DNA from: an uncultured delta proteobacterium
GTDB lineage: Bacteria; Desulfobacterota; Desulfomonilia; Desulfomonilales; Desulfomonilaceae
NCBI GenBank assembly: GCA_963789265.1
Contig: CAWBKB010000001.1
Coordinates: forward strand, 2,176,001 to 2,240,000
Direction: 5' to 3'
DNA length: 64,000 nt
The notes under the pieces were generated by a model. The model was given only the letters and a program-made list of their open reading frames with translations, was not told the DNA's origin and made no database searches. Both the position numbers and the translations under genes were made by a program. Of the stretch, positions 1-10,317 are shown piece by piece. Numbering within the stretch: the first letter of the stretch is position 1; every line of letters begins with the position of its first letter.

Positions 1-108
1 CCGTCTTTGAAGGAGAACCGGTCCACAAGCGAAATCAAATCGTAGATAGTCCGCAAAAAGTGGTGAATCTCGCCGCACGCGGGATTCACCTCATCCGACG
101 AAAACTAA

Positions 109-281
109 TACCAGTGCGTCATCAAACAAGTTATAATCCCGGGATATGGTGGGGCATCCCGCGTCTCGCGGGACCGGTCCTACTGGATGCCCGTGTACGC
201 GGGCATGACGGCAGGCAATCACGCCCAGGCGTGACTGTCCCACTAAAAAGACGGTGTCACTTGTTTGAAAGCGAATCGGTA
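109..281 (-). mobile_element. MITE family C (imperfect ~22-bp TIR TACCGATTCGCTTTCAARCAAGT, 3-bp TNA target duplication)
   Basis: Ends taccagtgcgtcatcaaacaagt ... acttgtttgaaagcgaatcggta, flanked by TAA/TAA. The same ends recur at 33911, 50106 and 53425. No ORF. Confidence 0.7.
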
Positions 282-379
282 TAAATTGACCTCACTTCCC
301 AAATCGCTGCTTTCCCGGTCGCCTTGACCTACTCTCTCTCTTAACTTAGATTTGGTCTTGAGAATGATGGCAATGCCGG

Positions 380-574
380 CCCGGATTTGGTCGGGCATCC
401 CGCGCGGAACGCGGGATCACCCCTAACTTCGATCCGGGCTATGTAGGGGCGGACACATGGGTCTGCCCCTACAATTGATGCCAGCGTACGCGGGCACGAC
501 AACAGGCAAACCCGCCCGGGCGCGACTGTCCCACTAAAAACACGGTGTTACTTGCATGAAAGCGAATCGCTATA
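380..574 (-). repeat. Second, tandem family C-related copy with an internal GTAG-type REP hairpin (442-473)
   Basis: About 480-574 is nearly identical to about 188-283. Contains the palindrome tgtaggggcgg...ctgcccctaca. Left end is unclear. Confidence 0.6.
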
Positions 575-605
575 AGCGGCTCCGGCTAGCGCGACCCGAG
601 GCCAA

Positions 606-2207
606 TTGATTGTGGTGGAGAGATTACCCTTGTCTTACCGGTTAAAGTTCTCCCAACTAATCAAGATATTACTCTTGGGCATTTTACTGTGCTGCGCTGT
701 ACTCCTCGCTGTGAGAGCAGCGATGTTCATGGGCTGGTACATATCGCGAGATTATCCCCTGGAATACCGGGAATTCGCGGTTATTTTCAGTACGGACTTG
801 TTGCTCCAGGGCTACAACCCCTATTCCATCGCCCTTCAGCCCGTAGCAATGAACGCCTATGGGATCGTATACAACCTGCTCGTGCTGCCTTTTGCCCAGG
901 TTTGGGGCTCCACTCCATTTGTGCATCGAGTGGTCTCTTGTTTCTTCATCGTGATGACTTGCGGCTGCCTTCTCTGGGGCCTTCGCCTGAGCCGGGTCTC
1001 CTGGTCCATGGCCACGGTCGCAGTTGCCACACTGTTCGCTTTTTTAGCCACAGGGCTCAGCATAGTTTCCCGTCCCGACAGTCTGGGGCAGTTCCTGTTT
1101 CTTGCCGGTATAGTGGTCCCCTTTGCGTATAGATACAGCGTCCGCGCGCTTGCAATCAGTATAGCGTTGTGCCTGCTGGGTCTTTTGACCAAGCCCTATT
1201 TTGTGCTCGGAGCCCCTTTTATGGCAGCGTACCTCTTTGCATTCGAGAGCAAGAGCAAAGGGCTGTGGTACGCTTTGGGTTTTGGGGTAGCCCTGACCGC
1301 AACTGTCTTCGTGACGAACGCACTTTGCGATAGTTGGCTTACAAACACAATCTTCAACCACCTGAACAATGACCTGAGCGGACAATATACCAGCGTGTCG
1401 CATCTCCGGGTCCAGATGTGGGTGCATGCTGAATCCATTTTGGGTTTTATTGCGGCATTTGTGTGGGCATACGGGTTCTCTGTGGGTTCGGGTGAGAGAA
1501 CTTTCGCGGGATCCATCGGATCGCTCTTCAATTTCAAAGACTTCGATAAACCGCTCTTTGAGGTGAAGGGTGATCTACCACTCATGATGCTCGTGTTCGG
1601 CACGATCATAATGGTCTGGAAACTTGGTCTTCACACCGGTAATTGGCAACTTTACTATCATCAATTTATGACCCCTTTTGCGTTGTGGTTTGCGGTGGCA
1701 TTTATAGACAGGCTGGAAGTCAATCGTCACTGGGCGGTGCTGTTGCCGTTGATCGCGAACCTTACGGTGCTCAACCTCTTCTACGTATCGGGTGACCTGG
1801 AGGATCACACGGAGGAATGGAAGGCGTTGGAACAGGTTGTGGCGAGCCACCACGACATGTACCACAGCGCAGGACTGGCGTATCTTATGAGCAAATACGG
1901 GAAACCGATATACAATACCGGACACGATGAATACTACGCGGCCGGTGTGCCGCACAATTTCACGGCAACGGCCGAGCAGTTCGCCTGGCAGTCAGAGATG
2001 TTCTGGCGGCAAATTGAGGAAAAGGCCCAACACAAGCAGTTGGACCTGATTATTCAAGACACCGGAGCAGGCTGGCCAATCGACAGGAATGTCTTAAAGA
2101 AAAACTATCGTCTCCTGGGATACATGCAAATGCCATTGCTTTTTGACGGCAATTGGCTGCTGGAATTGTGGATACTGAGACCGGACCAAAAAGAAAAGAC
2201 ACCCTGA
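606..2207 (+). CDS. Polytopic membrane protein, probable GT-C (ArnT/PMT-like) glycosyltransferase
   Basis: 533 aa with many hydrophobic segments. Acidic first loop (EYRE), RPD and TK motifs typical of GT-C. Upstream of a GT2/sugar-nucleotide operon. Confidence 0.6.
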   Translation: MIVVERLPLSYRLKFSQLIKILLLGILLCCAVLLAVRAAMFMGWYISRDYPLEYREFAVIFSTDLLLQGYNPYSIALQPVAMNAYGIVYNLLVLPFAQVWGSTPFVHRVVSCFFIVMTCGCLLWGLRLSRVSWSMATVAVATLFAFLATGLSIVSRPDSLGQFLFLAGIVVPFAYRYSVRALAISIALCLLGLLTKPYFVLGAPFMAAYLFAFESKSKGLWYALGFGVALTATVFVTNALCDSWLTNTIFNHLNNDLSGQYTSVSHLRVQMWVHAESILGFIAAFVWAYGFSVGSGERTFAGSIGSLFNFKDFDKPLFEVKGDLPLMMLVFGTIIMVWKLGLHTGNWQLYYHQFMTPFALWFAVAFIDRLEVNRHWAVLLPLIANLTVLNLFYVSGDLEDHTEEWKALEQVVASHHDMYHSAGLAYLMSKYGKPIYNTGHDEYYAAGVPHNFTATAEQFAWQSEMFWRQIEEKAQHKQLDLIIQDTGAGWPIDRNVLKKNYRLLGYMQMPLLFDGNWLLELWILRPDQKEKTP

Positions 2208-2269
2208 GTTGCGAAGAGTTGCCAATCGGGCTTTCGTGGCCATGCCCATGGCACGCGCCGGACGGAGCA

Positions 2270-2492
2270 ATCCCCTGTTCAGTGGGACGGGCATCTTGCC
2301 CGTCGACAGGCGGGACGCCTGTCCCACCACCCCGCCGGTGGCCAATGAACGACCCCGCGTCCCGCGGGGAGGCCGGCCCTACCGGTGCCCGTGTACACGG
2401 GCATGACAACATGTAGGGGCGGGTTTGAAACCCGCCCCTACCAAACTGTCCCACTGGAAACACGAAATCACTCGCTGGAAAGCGAATTCCTA
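2270..2492 (-). repeat. Composite REP/MITE family C-related repeat
   Basis: Hairpins gggacgggcatcttgcccgtc, gcccgtgtacacgggc and gtaggggcgggtttgaaacccgcccctac (2413-2441), ending in a family C end (gaaagcgaattccta). Confidence 0.6.
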
Positions 2493-2802
2493 TGAAAACG
2501 CCCCGTTGCCGACCGGCAATCCCGCGCTCCACGCGGGACGGCCTACTAACGTCCTCATGTTTCTCTGTGGCTTTCTAGCTATGGTGGTTGGTACAAATAA
2601 ATGATCGCGCCCAATCAAAATTACTTCTTGACGGCTTTGATGAGGCAGGTTACGCTGAAATAGGATAACTTGGAGTTGAGTTCCGAGACGCAAGATCCGG
2701 ACGCGCAGAATTGTCGCCTCGGTTTCGAATTGAGTTACTCTCTGACAAAGACGAATTAATAACGTAGATTTTCTTAGTGCAACTGTTATCTATGTCTTTT
2801 GT

Positions 2803-3807
2803 ATGACCGCACATTGGTATCAGAAATTGAATGGTGTTCTAAGCAATTGTCAAGGGAAATTGATTAGCGTAGTGATCCCGGTCTACAACGGTGCGAGCAC
2901 AATCGGACCCTTGGTCGATACTCTTGTCGCAGGTCTGACCCCAAATAATTTGCAGATCGTGCTCGTAAATGACGGAAGCAAGGACAACAGCCATCTGGTT
3001 TGCGAAGAGGTCTTCTGCAAGTACCCTGAGGTCGTGACGTACGTGAGGCTCGCTCGCAATTTCGGAGAGCATAACGCGGTTATGGCGGGCCTAGGTCACG
3101 CCGCCGGCGACTACGTGGTGATCATGGATGACGACTTCCAAAATCCTCCCGAAGAAGTGGTTCTCCTGGTGCAGGAGGCCCAACGGGGCGATTTCGATGT
3201 GGTTTACTCTTATTACGATGAGAAGAAGCACCACTGGCTTAGAAATTTTGGCAGCAAGTTTAATGGATGGGTCGCTCGCTTCATGCTGCATAAACCGAGG
3301 GACCTGTACCTTTCGAGTTTCAAATGTCTGAACCGCTTTCTTGCAAAGGAGATCGTCAAATACGAAGCTCCTTTTCCATATATAGACGGACTGATTTTGA
3401 GTTTGACGGATAATATCGGGAAGGTGCGTGTGCGCCACGACGCACGTAATCAAGGGAAGTCCGGGTACACATTCCGAAAACTGGTACGTCTCTGGCTTAG
3501 CATGTTCGTCAACTTCTCCGTTATGCCTTTGAGGCTTAGTCTGCTGATGGGATTTTTGGCCAGCATTCTTGCTCTGGGCATGGCCGTGGAAGTTGTTTTG
3601 GAGAAGATTCTGAATCCAGGAATTGCAGTGGGCTGGGCCTCCTTGGCCTTCCTGATCCTATTCTTTGCCGGCGTCCAACTGTGCATCCTCGGCCTTATGG
3701 GAGAATATGTGGGTCGTACACTGCTCAACAGTAACCGTCTTCCTCAGTTCGTGATCAGATCGATTTCCGGATCGGACCACCCTCATGACAGCACCGGACT
3801 ACAATGA
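2803..3807 (+). CDS. Glycosyltransferase family 2, ArnC/GtrB-like polyprenol-phosphate sugar transferase
   Basis: SVVIPVYN, VNDGSKD, RNFGEHNA and MDDDFQNPP motifs; two C-terminal TM helices. Confidence 0.9.
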   Translation: MTAHWYQKLNGVLSNCQGKLISVVIPVYNGASTIGPLVDTLVAGLTPNNLQIVLVNDGSKDNSHLVCEEVFCKYPEVVTYVRLARNFGEHNAVMAGLGHAAGDYVVIMDDDFQNPPEEVVLLVQEAQRGDFDVVYSYYDEKKHHWLRNFGSKFNGWVARFMLHKPRDLYLSSFKCLNRFLAKEIVKYEAPFPYIDGLILSLTDNIGKVRVRHDARNQGKSGYTFRKLVRLWLSMFVNFSVMPLRLSLLMGFLASILALGMAVEVVLEKILNPGIAVGWASLAFLILFFAGVQLCILGLMGEYVGRTLLNSNRLPQFVIRSISGSDHPHDSTGLQ

Positions 3808-4786
3808 AGCTTTCAAGGACAAGGCCGTCCTGATAACCGGCGGATTAGGATTTATAGGGAGTAATCTGGCCATAAAATTGGCAGATCTGGGGGCCAAGGT
3901 CGAGCTTCTCGACGCCATGATCGACGGGCTTGGCGGAAATTTATTCAATATCGAGCCCATCCGCGACAAGGTACATGTCAACTTCTCGGATGTCCGCGAT
4001 CTTAATTCGCTGCGATACCTTGTTGTGGACAAGGATTACATTTTTCATTTAGCCGGCCAAAACGACCACGTGCTGAGTCTTAAGGACCCCTTCCCCGACA
4101 TTGACATTAACATCAAGGGGTCCGCGACTCTCCTGGAAGCATGCCGGCGATACAATTGCGAAGCGCGGCTGGTTTACACGGGCACACGCGGAGAGTACGG
4201 TCCCGCGGTAAAGTTGCCGGTCAATGAAGAGGCGCCCCTTAACCCAAAGGGAATTTATGAACTGTCCAGCTTGACTGCCCAAAGACTTTTCAAGATCTTT
4301 TGCAATAATCACGGCGTAAAATCCACAACTTTAAGGTTGACCAACATTTACGGTCCTCGTGCACAAATGAAGCACAATCGTTTTGGAGTGGCGAATTGGT
4401 TCATTCGTCAAGCCATCGACGGCGGAATTATTCAGGTCTTCGGTGACGGCAAAATCATGCGAGATTTCCTGTACGTGGACGATGCTGTTGACGCTATCCT
4501 GATGTCCGCTTGCAATGACCTGGCGTGCGGAGAGATCTTCAACGTCGGCGTTGACAGGCCCAGCAACTTCCTCGAACTGGCCCAAGCGATAGTGTCAATT
4601 GCAGGTGCGGGCCGTTGGGAGTTTGCGCCGTTCACACCCGAGCGTGCGGCCCAGGAGCCCGGCCATTACTATTCAGACATAACCAAGATTCGTTCGATCG
4701 TCGGTTGGGTTCCCAGCGTAACATTGGAGGATGGCCTGCGCCGAACAATCGAGTACTACCGATTCCATAAATCGCACTACTGGTAA
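3785..4786 (+). CDS. NAD-dependent nucleotide-sugar epimerase/dehydratase (extended SDR)
   Basis: TGGLGFIGS, RLTNIYGP and RDFLYVDD motifs. The YxxxK motif appears as YELSS. Confidence 0.9.
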   Translation: MTAPDYNEAFKDKAVLITGGLGFIGSNLAIKLADLGAKVELLDAMIDGLGGNLFNIEPIRDKVHVNFSDVRDLNSLRYLVVDKDYIFHLAGQNDHVLSLKDPFPDIDINIKGSATLLEACRRYNCEARLVYTGTRGEYGPAVKLPVNEEAPLNPKGIYELSSLTAQRLFKIFCNNHGVKSTTLRLTNIYGPRAQMKHNRFGVANWFIRQAIDGGIIQVFGDGKIMRDFLYVDDAVDAILMSACNDLACGEIFNVGVDRPSNFLELAQAIVSIAGAGRWEFAPFTPERAAQEPGHYYSDITKIRSIVGWVPSVTLEDGLRRTIEYYRFHKSHYW

Positions 4787-4790
4787 ACCG

Positions 4791-5927
4791 ATGCGGGTCC
4801 CGTTCCTGGAACTGAAAAGAGAATACGAAGCCATCAAATCGGAGATCCAATCTGCCATTTCAACTGTATTGGAAAGCGGCTCATATATACTCGGCCGGTG
4901 TGTGGAGGATTTCGAGCACCAATTTGCTGAATGGCTGGGAGTGCCGCATGCTGTAGGCGTGGGGTCCGGGACCGAGGCCCTTCACCTGGCCCTTATCGCA
5001 AGTGGGATCAAACCCGGTGACCGAGTGCTCACGGTGCCGAACACAGCGGTCCCCACGGTATCGGCCATCAGTTTTGCGGGTGGGCGGCCGGTATTTGTAG
5101 ATGTCGATCCGGAAACATACACCCTGTCGCCCGACGAACTGAACCGCGTGCTGGAGCAATCTTCTTCGGCCAATTACAAGGCTATTGTAGCCGTGCACTT
5201 GTATGGTCATCCAGCGGATATGGATCCAATTTTGGAAGTGGCTCGCGCTCTCGGCCTCACCGTGATCGAAGATGCAGCACAGGCCACGGGAGCAATGTAC
5301 AAAGGGCAAAAGGTCGGGACAATGGGAGACTTCGGGTGTTTCAGTTTTTACCCTACCAAGAATCTCGGAGCGTTCGGTGACGCGGGTATGGTCGTGACAA
5401 GATCCGCTGAAGCAGCCCACACGATCCGTATGCTCCGCAACTATGGAGAAAAGACCAAAAATGTAAATGTAATCCAAGGGTACAACAGCCGACTGGATGC
5501 AATCCAAGCGGCTGTTTTGGCATGCAAGCTCCCGTACCTTGATTGGTGGAATGGCATTCGACGAAGGCAGGCCAGGCTTTATAGTGAATTGTTGAAAGAA
5601 TGCAAAGTTCGGCTTCCGATTGAGAGGAACTTCGCACAGCACGCGTATCATTTGTACGTTGTTCGGACGCAGAACAGGGACGTTCTCCGCAAACGTCTGG
5701 CTGAGAATGGTATTGAGACGGCGATTCATTACCCTCGGCCGGTCCACCTTCAGCAGGCGTACGCGCATCTCGGGTATCAGCAGGGCAGCTTCCCCGTCTC
5801 CGAACGAAACGCACGCGAGGTTTTGTCACTGCCGCTGTCGCCTTTCACGCGTCAAGACGAAATGGTGGCTGTAGCAGGAGCCATTCGATCGGCAGAGCAA
5901 CGCAGCCATGGAAATTCACGAATATAG
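4791..5927 (+). CDS. DegT/DnrJ/EryC1/StrS family sugar aminotransferase
   Basis: VHLYG, EDAAQA, SFYPTKNLGAFGDAG and NSRLD motifs. Start reassigned to ATG 4791. Confidence 0.93.
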   Translation: MRVPFLELKREYEAIKSEIQSAISTVLESGSYILGRCVEDFEHQFAEWLGVPHAVGVGSGTEALHLALIASGIKPGDRVLTVPNTAVPTVSAISFAGGRPVFVDVDPETYTLSPDELNRVLEQSSSANYKAIVAVHLYGHPADMDPILEVARALGLTVIEDAAQATGAMYKGQKVGTMGDFGCFSFYPTKNLGAFGDAGMVVTRSAEAAHTIRMLRNYGEKTKNVNVIQGYNSRLDAIQAAVLACKLPYLDWWNGIRRRQARLYSELLKECKVRLPIERNFAQHAYHLYVVRTQNRDVLRKRLAENGIETAIHYPRPVHLQQAYAHLGYQQGSFPVSERNAREVLSLPLSPFTRQDEMVAVAGAIRSAEQRSHGNSRI

Positions 5928-6660
5928 GACTATGTTTGACATTGAGACGGACTACTGGTGGTATGTGGGTCTCCACCAGCTCGTCCTGTATTTTCTGGGT
6001 CAGGTGAATACGGGGAAAGACCGGCTGGAAATCCTGGACGCAGGTTGCGGAACCGGCCAATTGATGAAACTGTGCCAAGCCGTCGGACTCGAACCGATGG
6101 GCCTGGACATTTCTCGGGAGGCGCTTCGATTCTCGCGGGTCCGCGGTCTCCGCACTCTAGTTCAGGGATCGATTTCCGAGATCCCGTTCCTAAGTGCTCA
6201 ATTCGACGTTGTCGTATCTCTAGACGTGGCCGATTGCCTGGAAGCCGGCGAAATTCGCGGAACTTTGTGTGAAATGCACCGGGTTCTCAGACGGGGCGGC
6301 TACCTGATTCTGAACTTGCCTGCTTATAATTCACTCCGCAGCCGGCACGACCTTGCACAGCACATACTGCACCGCTTCAGGGCCGATGAACTTGGTTCGC
6401 TTTTAAGTGAAGTGGGCTTCCAACCGCACTTGTGCACATACCGCAACACTTTTCTGTTTCCGGTAGCCGCCATAGTACGCCTTCTGAAACGCCGCTCTGC
6501 ACCAGGGCACGACACTTTACGCTCAGACCTGAAACCACTCCCCCACCCGATCAACGCGGCTCTGACCCGAGTGCTTGCACTGGAAAATTCGCTTATCAAG
6601 ACGGGGCTGCATTTGCCGTTCGGCTTGTCGGTCTTTGGAGTCGCAAGAAAGCCGGCTTAG
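5908..6660 (+). CDS. Class I SAM-dependent methyltransferase
   Basis: ILDAGCGTG motif I; YWWY N-terminus; LPFGLS C-terminus typical of MTases in glycosylation clusters. Confidence 0.88.
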   Translation: MEIHEYRTMFDIETDYWWYVGLHQLVLYFLGQVNTGKDRLEILDAGCGTGQLMKLCQAVGLEPMGLDISREALRFSRVRGLRTLVQGSISEIPFLSAQFDVVVSLDVADCLEAGEIRGTLCEMHRVLRRGGYLILNLPAYNSLRSRHDLAQHILHRFRADELGSLLSEVGFQPHLCTYRNTFLFPVAAIVRLLKRRSAPGHDTLRSDLKPLPHPINAALTRVLALENSLIKTGLHLPFGLSVFGVARKPA

Positions 6661-7018
6661 CCTCGACTTGCCTCCGACTTGCAGTCATCACAGCTCTTCA
6701 CTAATTTGCCGCCGTTAGTGTAACATTCACCGGCATCCCACCAGGATTCGAACTTACCGCAGGAATTCTCGGCGCAGCAGCGATATCTGGTGTACGTAGG
6801 ACCTGTACTCTTTTCCATGTCAATCCTCCACAAGATTTTTCTCTCATAAGTGGGCTTGTAGGCGCGTGGAATCTGTCACGTCATTTTGACAGCGCACCGG
6901 TACCACACTCCTTGCACGCTCACCCATGTAGATGCGGTCGGCCGTGCGGGGATTCAAAGAGCCTGCCCCGACTCTTCGGGAAACCCCGATCAAATTCGAC
7001 GAGCCTAGGGGATTCAGC

Positions 7019-7165
7019 GTAATCATTCACTTACGAGCGATAAAGCATAGTCATTGCGAGCGAAGCGAAGCAATCTCTTCTTTTAAACGCCACTTAGATT
7101 GCTTCGGCGTTTTACTCCTCGCAATGACAAGGTGCAGAAGATCCCCCGCATAAGTGATTGATTTC
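7019..7165. mobile_element. MITE family A (IS66-like ends GTAA-CATTCA, 8-bp TSD)
   Basis: gtaatcattcac...gtgattgatttc flanked by perfect direct repeat GATTCAGC (7011-7018, 7166-7173). Internal tcattgcgag...ctcgcaatga hairpin. Confidence 0.85.
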
Positions 7166-7184
7166 GATTCAGCCCCTTTAGCAC

Positions 7185-7232
7185 TTGACACCGGAGTGCC
7201 AGGGCTGCTATTGATTATTCATGATATGAATA
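7185..7232 (+). promoter_or_regulatory. Putative sigma70 promoter of modABC with palindromic operator
   Basis: TTGACA at 7185, TATTGA at 7209, perfect IR TATTCAT-GAT-ATGAATA at 7216-7232. Confidence 0.5.
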
Positions 7233-7424
7233 TTCGATATTGTGGCATAATGCAATACAGGATACCCAGCAATCCCGCAGACTAGCCACCCTTCCGCCTC
7301 CCGGCTGGAAAGTCGACTCACGGCTGATACCGACGACGCGATCTCAGAGAACTGTCGGGAGAGATGCGGAGGCTTCGTACGAGCCACATTTCGTAAGCTG
7401 AAGTTCGAATAGGAGGATGGGACC

Positions 7425-8214
7425 ATGACGAAAAACTCGCGGTCAGCCTGTACTCTGCATAATAGCAATGCTGCTGACTTTTTGTTTGCCATCGGCCGTA
7501 CTCGCCGCCGATTCCAACTCGGTCACTGTTTTCGCTGCCGCGTCCACGACGAACGCATTGAACGATATTGGCAAAATGTTCGCGGAGAAAGGCTTTGGCA
7601 AAATTGTCCCTGTTTACGCATCATCTTCAACCCTCGCTAAACAAATCGAATACGGGGCACCGGCCAATGTTTTCATTTCCGCAGACGAGCCGTGGATGAA
7701 TCACTTGGAAAAACGAAACTTGATCGTTCCCGGCAGCCGATTCGATCTGCTGAGCAACAAGCTAGTTCTCATAGCCCCGGCGGATAGTGCAATCAAAAAA
7801 GTGGAAATCGGCCCGAAATTAGATCTTGCTGAATTGTTGGGGAATGGCAAGCTCGCTACTGGAGACCCCGATCACGTGCCCGCGGGCATGTACGCGAAGG
7901 CGGCCCTTCAAAAACTTGGACTGTGGAATAGCGTTGAGAGTAAACTCGCTCGCGCGGCAGATGTCAGGGGGGCTCTTGCGCTGGTGGAGAGAGGAGAAGC
8001 CCCTCTGGGGATCGTCTATTCCACTGACGCGGCAATCACGCCCAAGGTCAAGATCGTTGGTGTTTTCCCTGAGGATACTCATCCCAAAATCGTATATCCT
8101 GCTGCATTAATAGCGGGGAAAGCTTCGTCGACAGCAAAGAAGTTTCTTGAGTTTCTCAAGTCACCGGAAGCAAAGGCGATTTTTGAAAAGTACGGGTTCA
8201 TCACGTTGAAGTAA
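7425..8214 (+). CDS. modA: Molybdate ABC transporter substrate-binding protein (apparent frameshift in A5 run 7431-7435)
   Basis: VFAAAS, ASSSTLAKQI, NKLVLI, HVPAG and GIVYSTDA motifs. RBS AGGAGG precedes ATG 7425; removing one A gives a full signal peptide in frame with ORF 7468-8214. Confidence 0.92.
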
Positions 8215-8912
8215 TGGAACTATTTCATCTTACCCCTCTCGAAGTGGAGGCTCTGCGGCTGAGCCTCTGGGTGTCTCTCTGGGCCGTAGCCTGTAGCCTG
8301 CCCCTCGGGATCGTGGCCGCTTGGCTGCTGGCCAGAGGGGACTTTCCAGGCAAGGCTTTGCTGGATGGCATCATTCATTTGCCTCTCGTGCTGCCGCCAG
8401 TGGTCGTAGGCTATCTGCTGCTTGTCACGATGGGAAGAAAGGGAATGCTGGGGGCCGCACTTTACGATACTTTCGGAGTATCATTTGCCTTCAACTGGAA
8501 AGGAGCGGCTCTCGCGTCTGCCGTGATCGCCTTTCCACTTCTGGTGCGCGCGATTCGCCTATCCATAGATGCGGTCGATCAGGGACTGGAGGACGCTGCC
8601 CGTACTTTGGGCGCGGGTCCTGTCAGAGTGTTTTTTACCATCACCATTCCTCTGGCGGTTCCGGGCATCCTTACCGGCATGATCCTCGGTTTTGCACGAA
8701 GCCTCAGTGAATTCGGCGCCACCATTACATTCGTGTCCAACATTCCCGGGGAAACAAGGACCCTTCCTCTCGCCCTGTACGCACTGACTCAAGTACCAGG
8801 CGGCGACGCACCGGCTCTCAGATTGTGCGCGATATCCGTAGTGGTGGCTATGTCAGCCCTTATGGCCTCGGAGGTTCTGGCTCGGCGGGTAGCTTCAAGG
8901 ATGAAAGGTTGA
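8214..8912 (+). CDS. modB: Molybdate ABC transporter permease
   Basis: LPLVLPPVVVGY, EAA loop (LEDAARTLGA), FARSLSEFGAT. Confidence 0.95.
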   Translation: MELFHLTPLEVEALRLSLWVSLWAVACSLPLGIVAAWLLARGDFPGKALLDGIIHLPLVLPPVVVGYLLLVTMGRKGMLGAALYDTFGVSFAFNWKGAALASAVIAFPLLVRAIRLSIDAVDQGLEDAARTLGAGPVRVFFTITIPLAVPGILTGMILGFARSLSEFGATITFVSNIPGETRTLPLALYALTQVPGGDAPALRLCAISVVVAMSALMASEVLARRVASRMKG

Positions 8913-8915
8913 CCC

Positions 8916-10013
8916 TTGCTGGAGATCAAGGTTAGGAAGAAACTCGGCAATTTCACTGTGGATGTGGCCTTTTCCACGGGGAAGGCCGGGGTTACGGCTT
9001 TGTTTGGACGCTCCGGCGCAGGCAAGAGCTCTGTAATAAACATGGTTGCAGGGCTTTTTCCTCCCGACGAAGGACTGATTGCGGTTAGTGGTCGGAAGTT
9101 GTTCGATTCGGCGCATTCCGTGAACCTTCCTCCGGAAATGCGTAGATGTGGATACGTCTTCCAGGACGGTCGCTTGTTTCCTCATCTGACCGTCAAGGCC
9201 AACCTCGTTTATGGTATGAAGCTTGTGCCGCGTGCAGAGCGCTATGTGAGATACGATCAAGTGGTTGACCTGCTCGGCATCGGCCATCTCCTGTCTCGCA
9301 GGCCCGCAAAACTTTCCGGTGGCGAAAAGCAAAGGGTTGCAATTGGACGAGCCTTGCTGACGAGCCCAAGCATTCTCCTCATGGACGAGCCTTTGGCGTC
9401 CTTGGACAGCGCTCGCAAGGCCGAGGTATTGCCTTTCGTCGCTCGACTTCCTCGTGAGCTTTCCGTCCCTATTCTTTATGTGACTCACGCAATGGATGAA
9501 ATCCTCAATCTTGCTGAAACGGTAGTGTTTCTTGAGTCGGGAACCGTCGTGGCCGAAGGCAGCCTGGAAGACTTGATGAGCCGTTTGGATCTGCAACACT
9601 TCGCCGGCACTTTCGATGCCGGAGTGGTCATCAGGACCGTGGTGGAGGGGCATGACAGACCGGCCGGTCTAACCAGTTTGCGCTTTGCCGGAGGAACTCT
9701 GAAGATTCCGTTGTTCAAGTCAGCCTATGGCGTCCAGGTGCGGCTTCGCATCAGATCACGAGACGTAGCCATCGCACTGACTCGCCCTTACGGCACAAGC
9801 ATTCAGAACATTCTCCCTGCAACCGTGGAAGCGGTAGGAGAAACTGGCGAATCATTCGTGGATGTGCGGATGAATATCGGGTGCCCTCTGTTTGCGAGGA
9901 TTACTCGGGCGGCAAGGGCCGATCTCAAACTTACTCCCGGGCAGCAAGTGTTCGCGCTGGTAAAGAGCGTGGCGATCTCCGGCGGGGGGGCAAACGGGCC
10001 GAATGACAAATAG
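8916..10013 (+). CDS. modC: Molybdate ABC transporter ATP-binding protein
   Basis: Walker A GRSGAGKS, VFQDGRLFPH, LSGGEKQR, C-terminal TOBE/Mop domain. Confidence 0.95.
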   Translation: MLEIKVRKKLGNFTVDVAFSTGKAGVTALFGRSGAGKSSVINMVAGLFPPDEGLIAVSGRKLFDSAHSVNLPPEMRRCGYVFQDGRLFPHLTVKANLVYGMKLVPRAERYVRYDQVVDLLGIGHLLSRRPAKLSGGEKQRVAIGRALLTSPSILLMDEPLASLDSARKAEVLPFVARLPRELSVPILYVTHAMDEILNLAETVVFLESGTVVAEGSLEDLMSRLDLQHFAGTFDAGVVIRTVVEGHDRPAGLTSLRFAGGTLKIPLFKSAYGVQVRLRIRSRDVAIALTRPYGTSIQNILPATVEAVGETGESFVDVRMNIGCPLFARITRAARADLKLTPGQQVFALVKSVAISGGGANGPNDK

Positions 10014-10317
10014 TAAACGCGGCCCTAACGCGGCAAGGTGAGAAGATTGACTGTTCCGAAACTCCTTTTTACCTGGTCGAGGAATTGCGCAAACGATGCT
10101 CCACGACATCCAACTATTAGAAAAGTATAATTTTATAGTCCAACTGTGCCCCATCTTGACAGAAACCACACCTGGCCATAAGGTTTTCTGTAGATGGAAA
10201 GAATTCAATTACGGGGGGACGAAAGTACTTGGTCAAATATATCAAAGAGTTGTAATTATGCTCCCGCGTATAAATGAATGGTAACGGCAAACATCAAACT
10301 AGACAAGGAGAAGAACT

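Noticed and set aside
6735..6760. tRNA-like fragment ggattcgaac
   Set aside because: Only a T-loop-like 10-mer; no cloverleaf and no match to the tRNA-Gln 3' end as an att site.
7417..7428. ATG-GGA-CCA-TGA in frame with modA as selenocysteine readthrough
   Set aside because: The ATG abuts the RBS and the TGA would fall in a signal peptide; a 1-nt indel after ATG 7425 is simpler.
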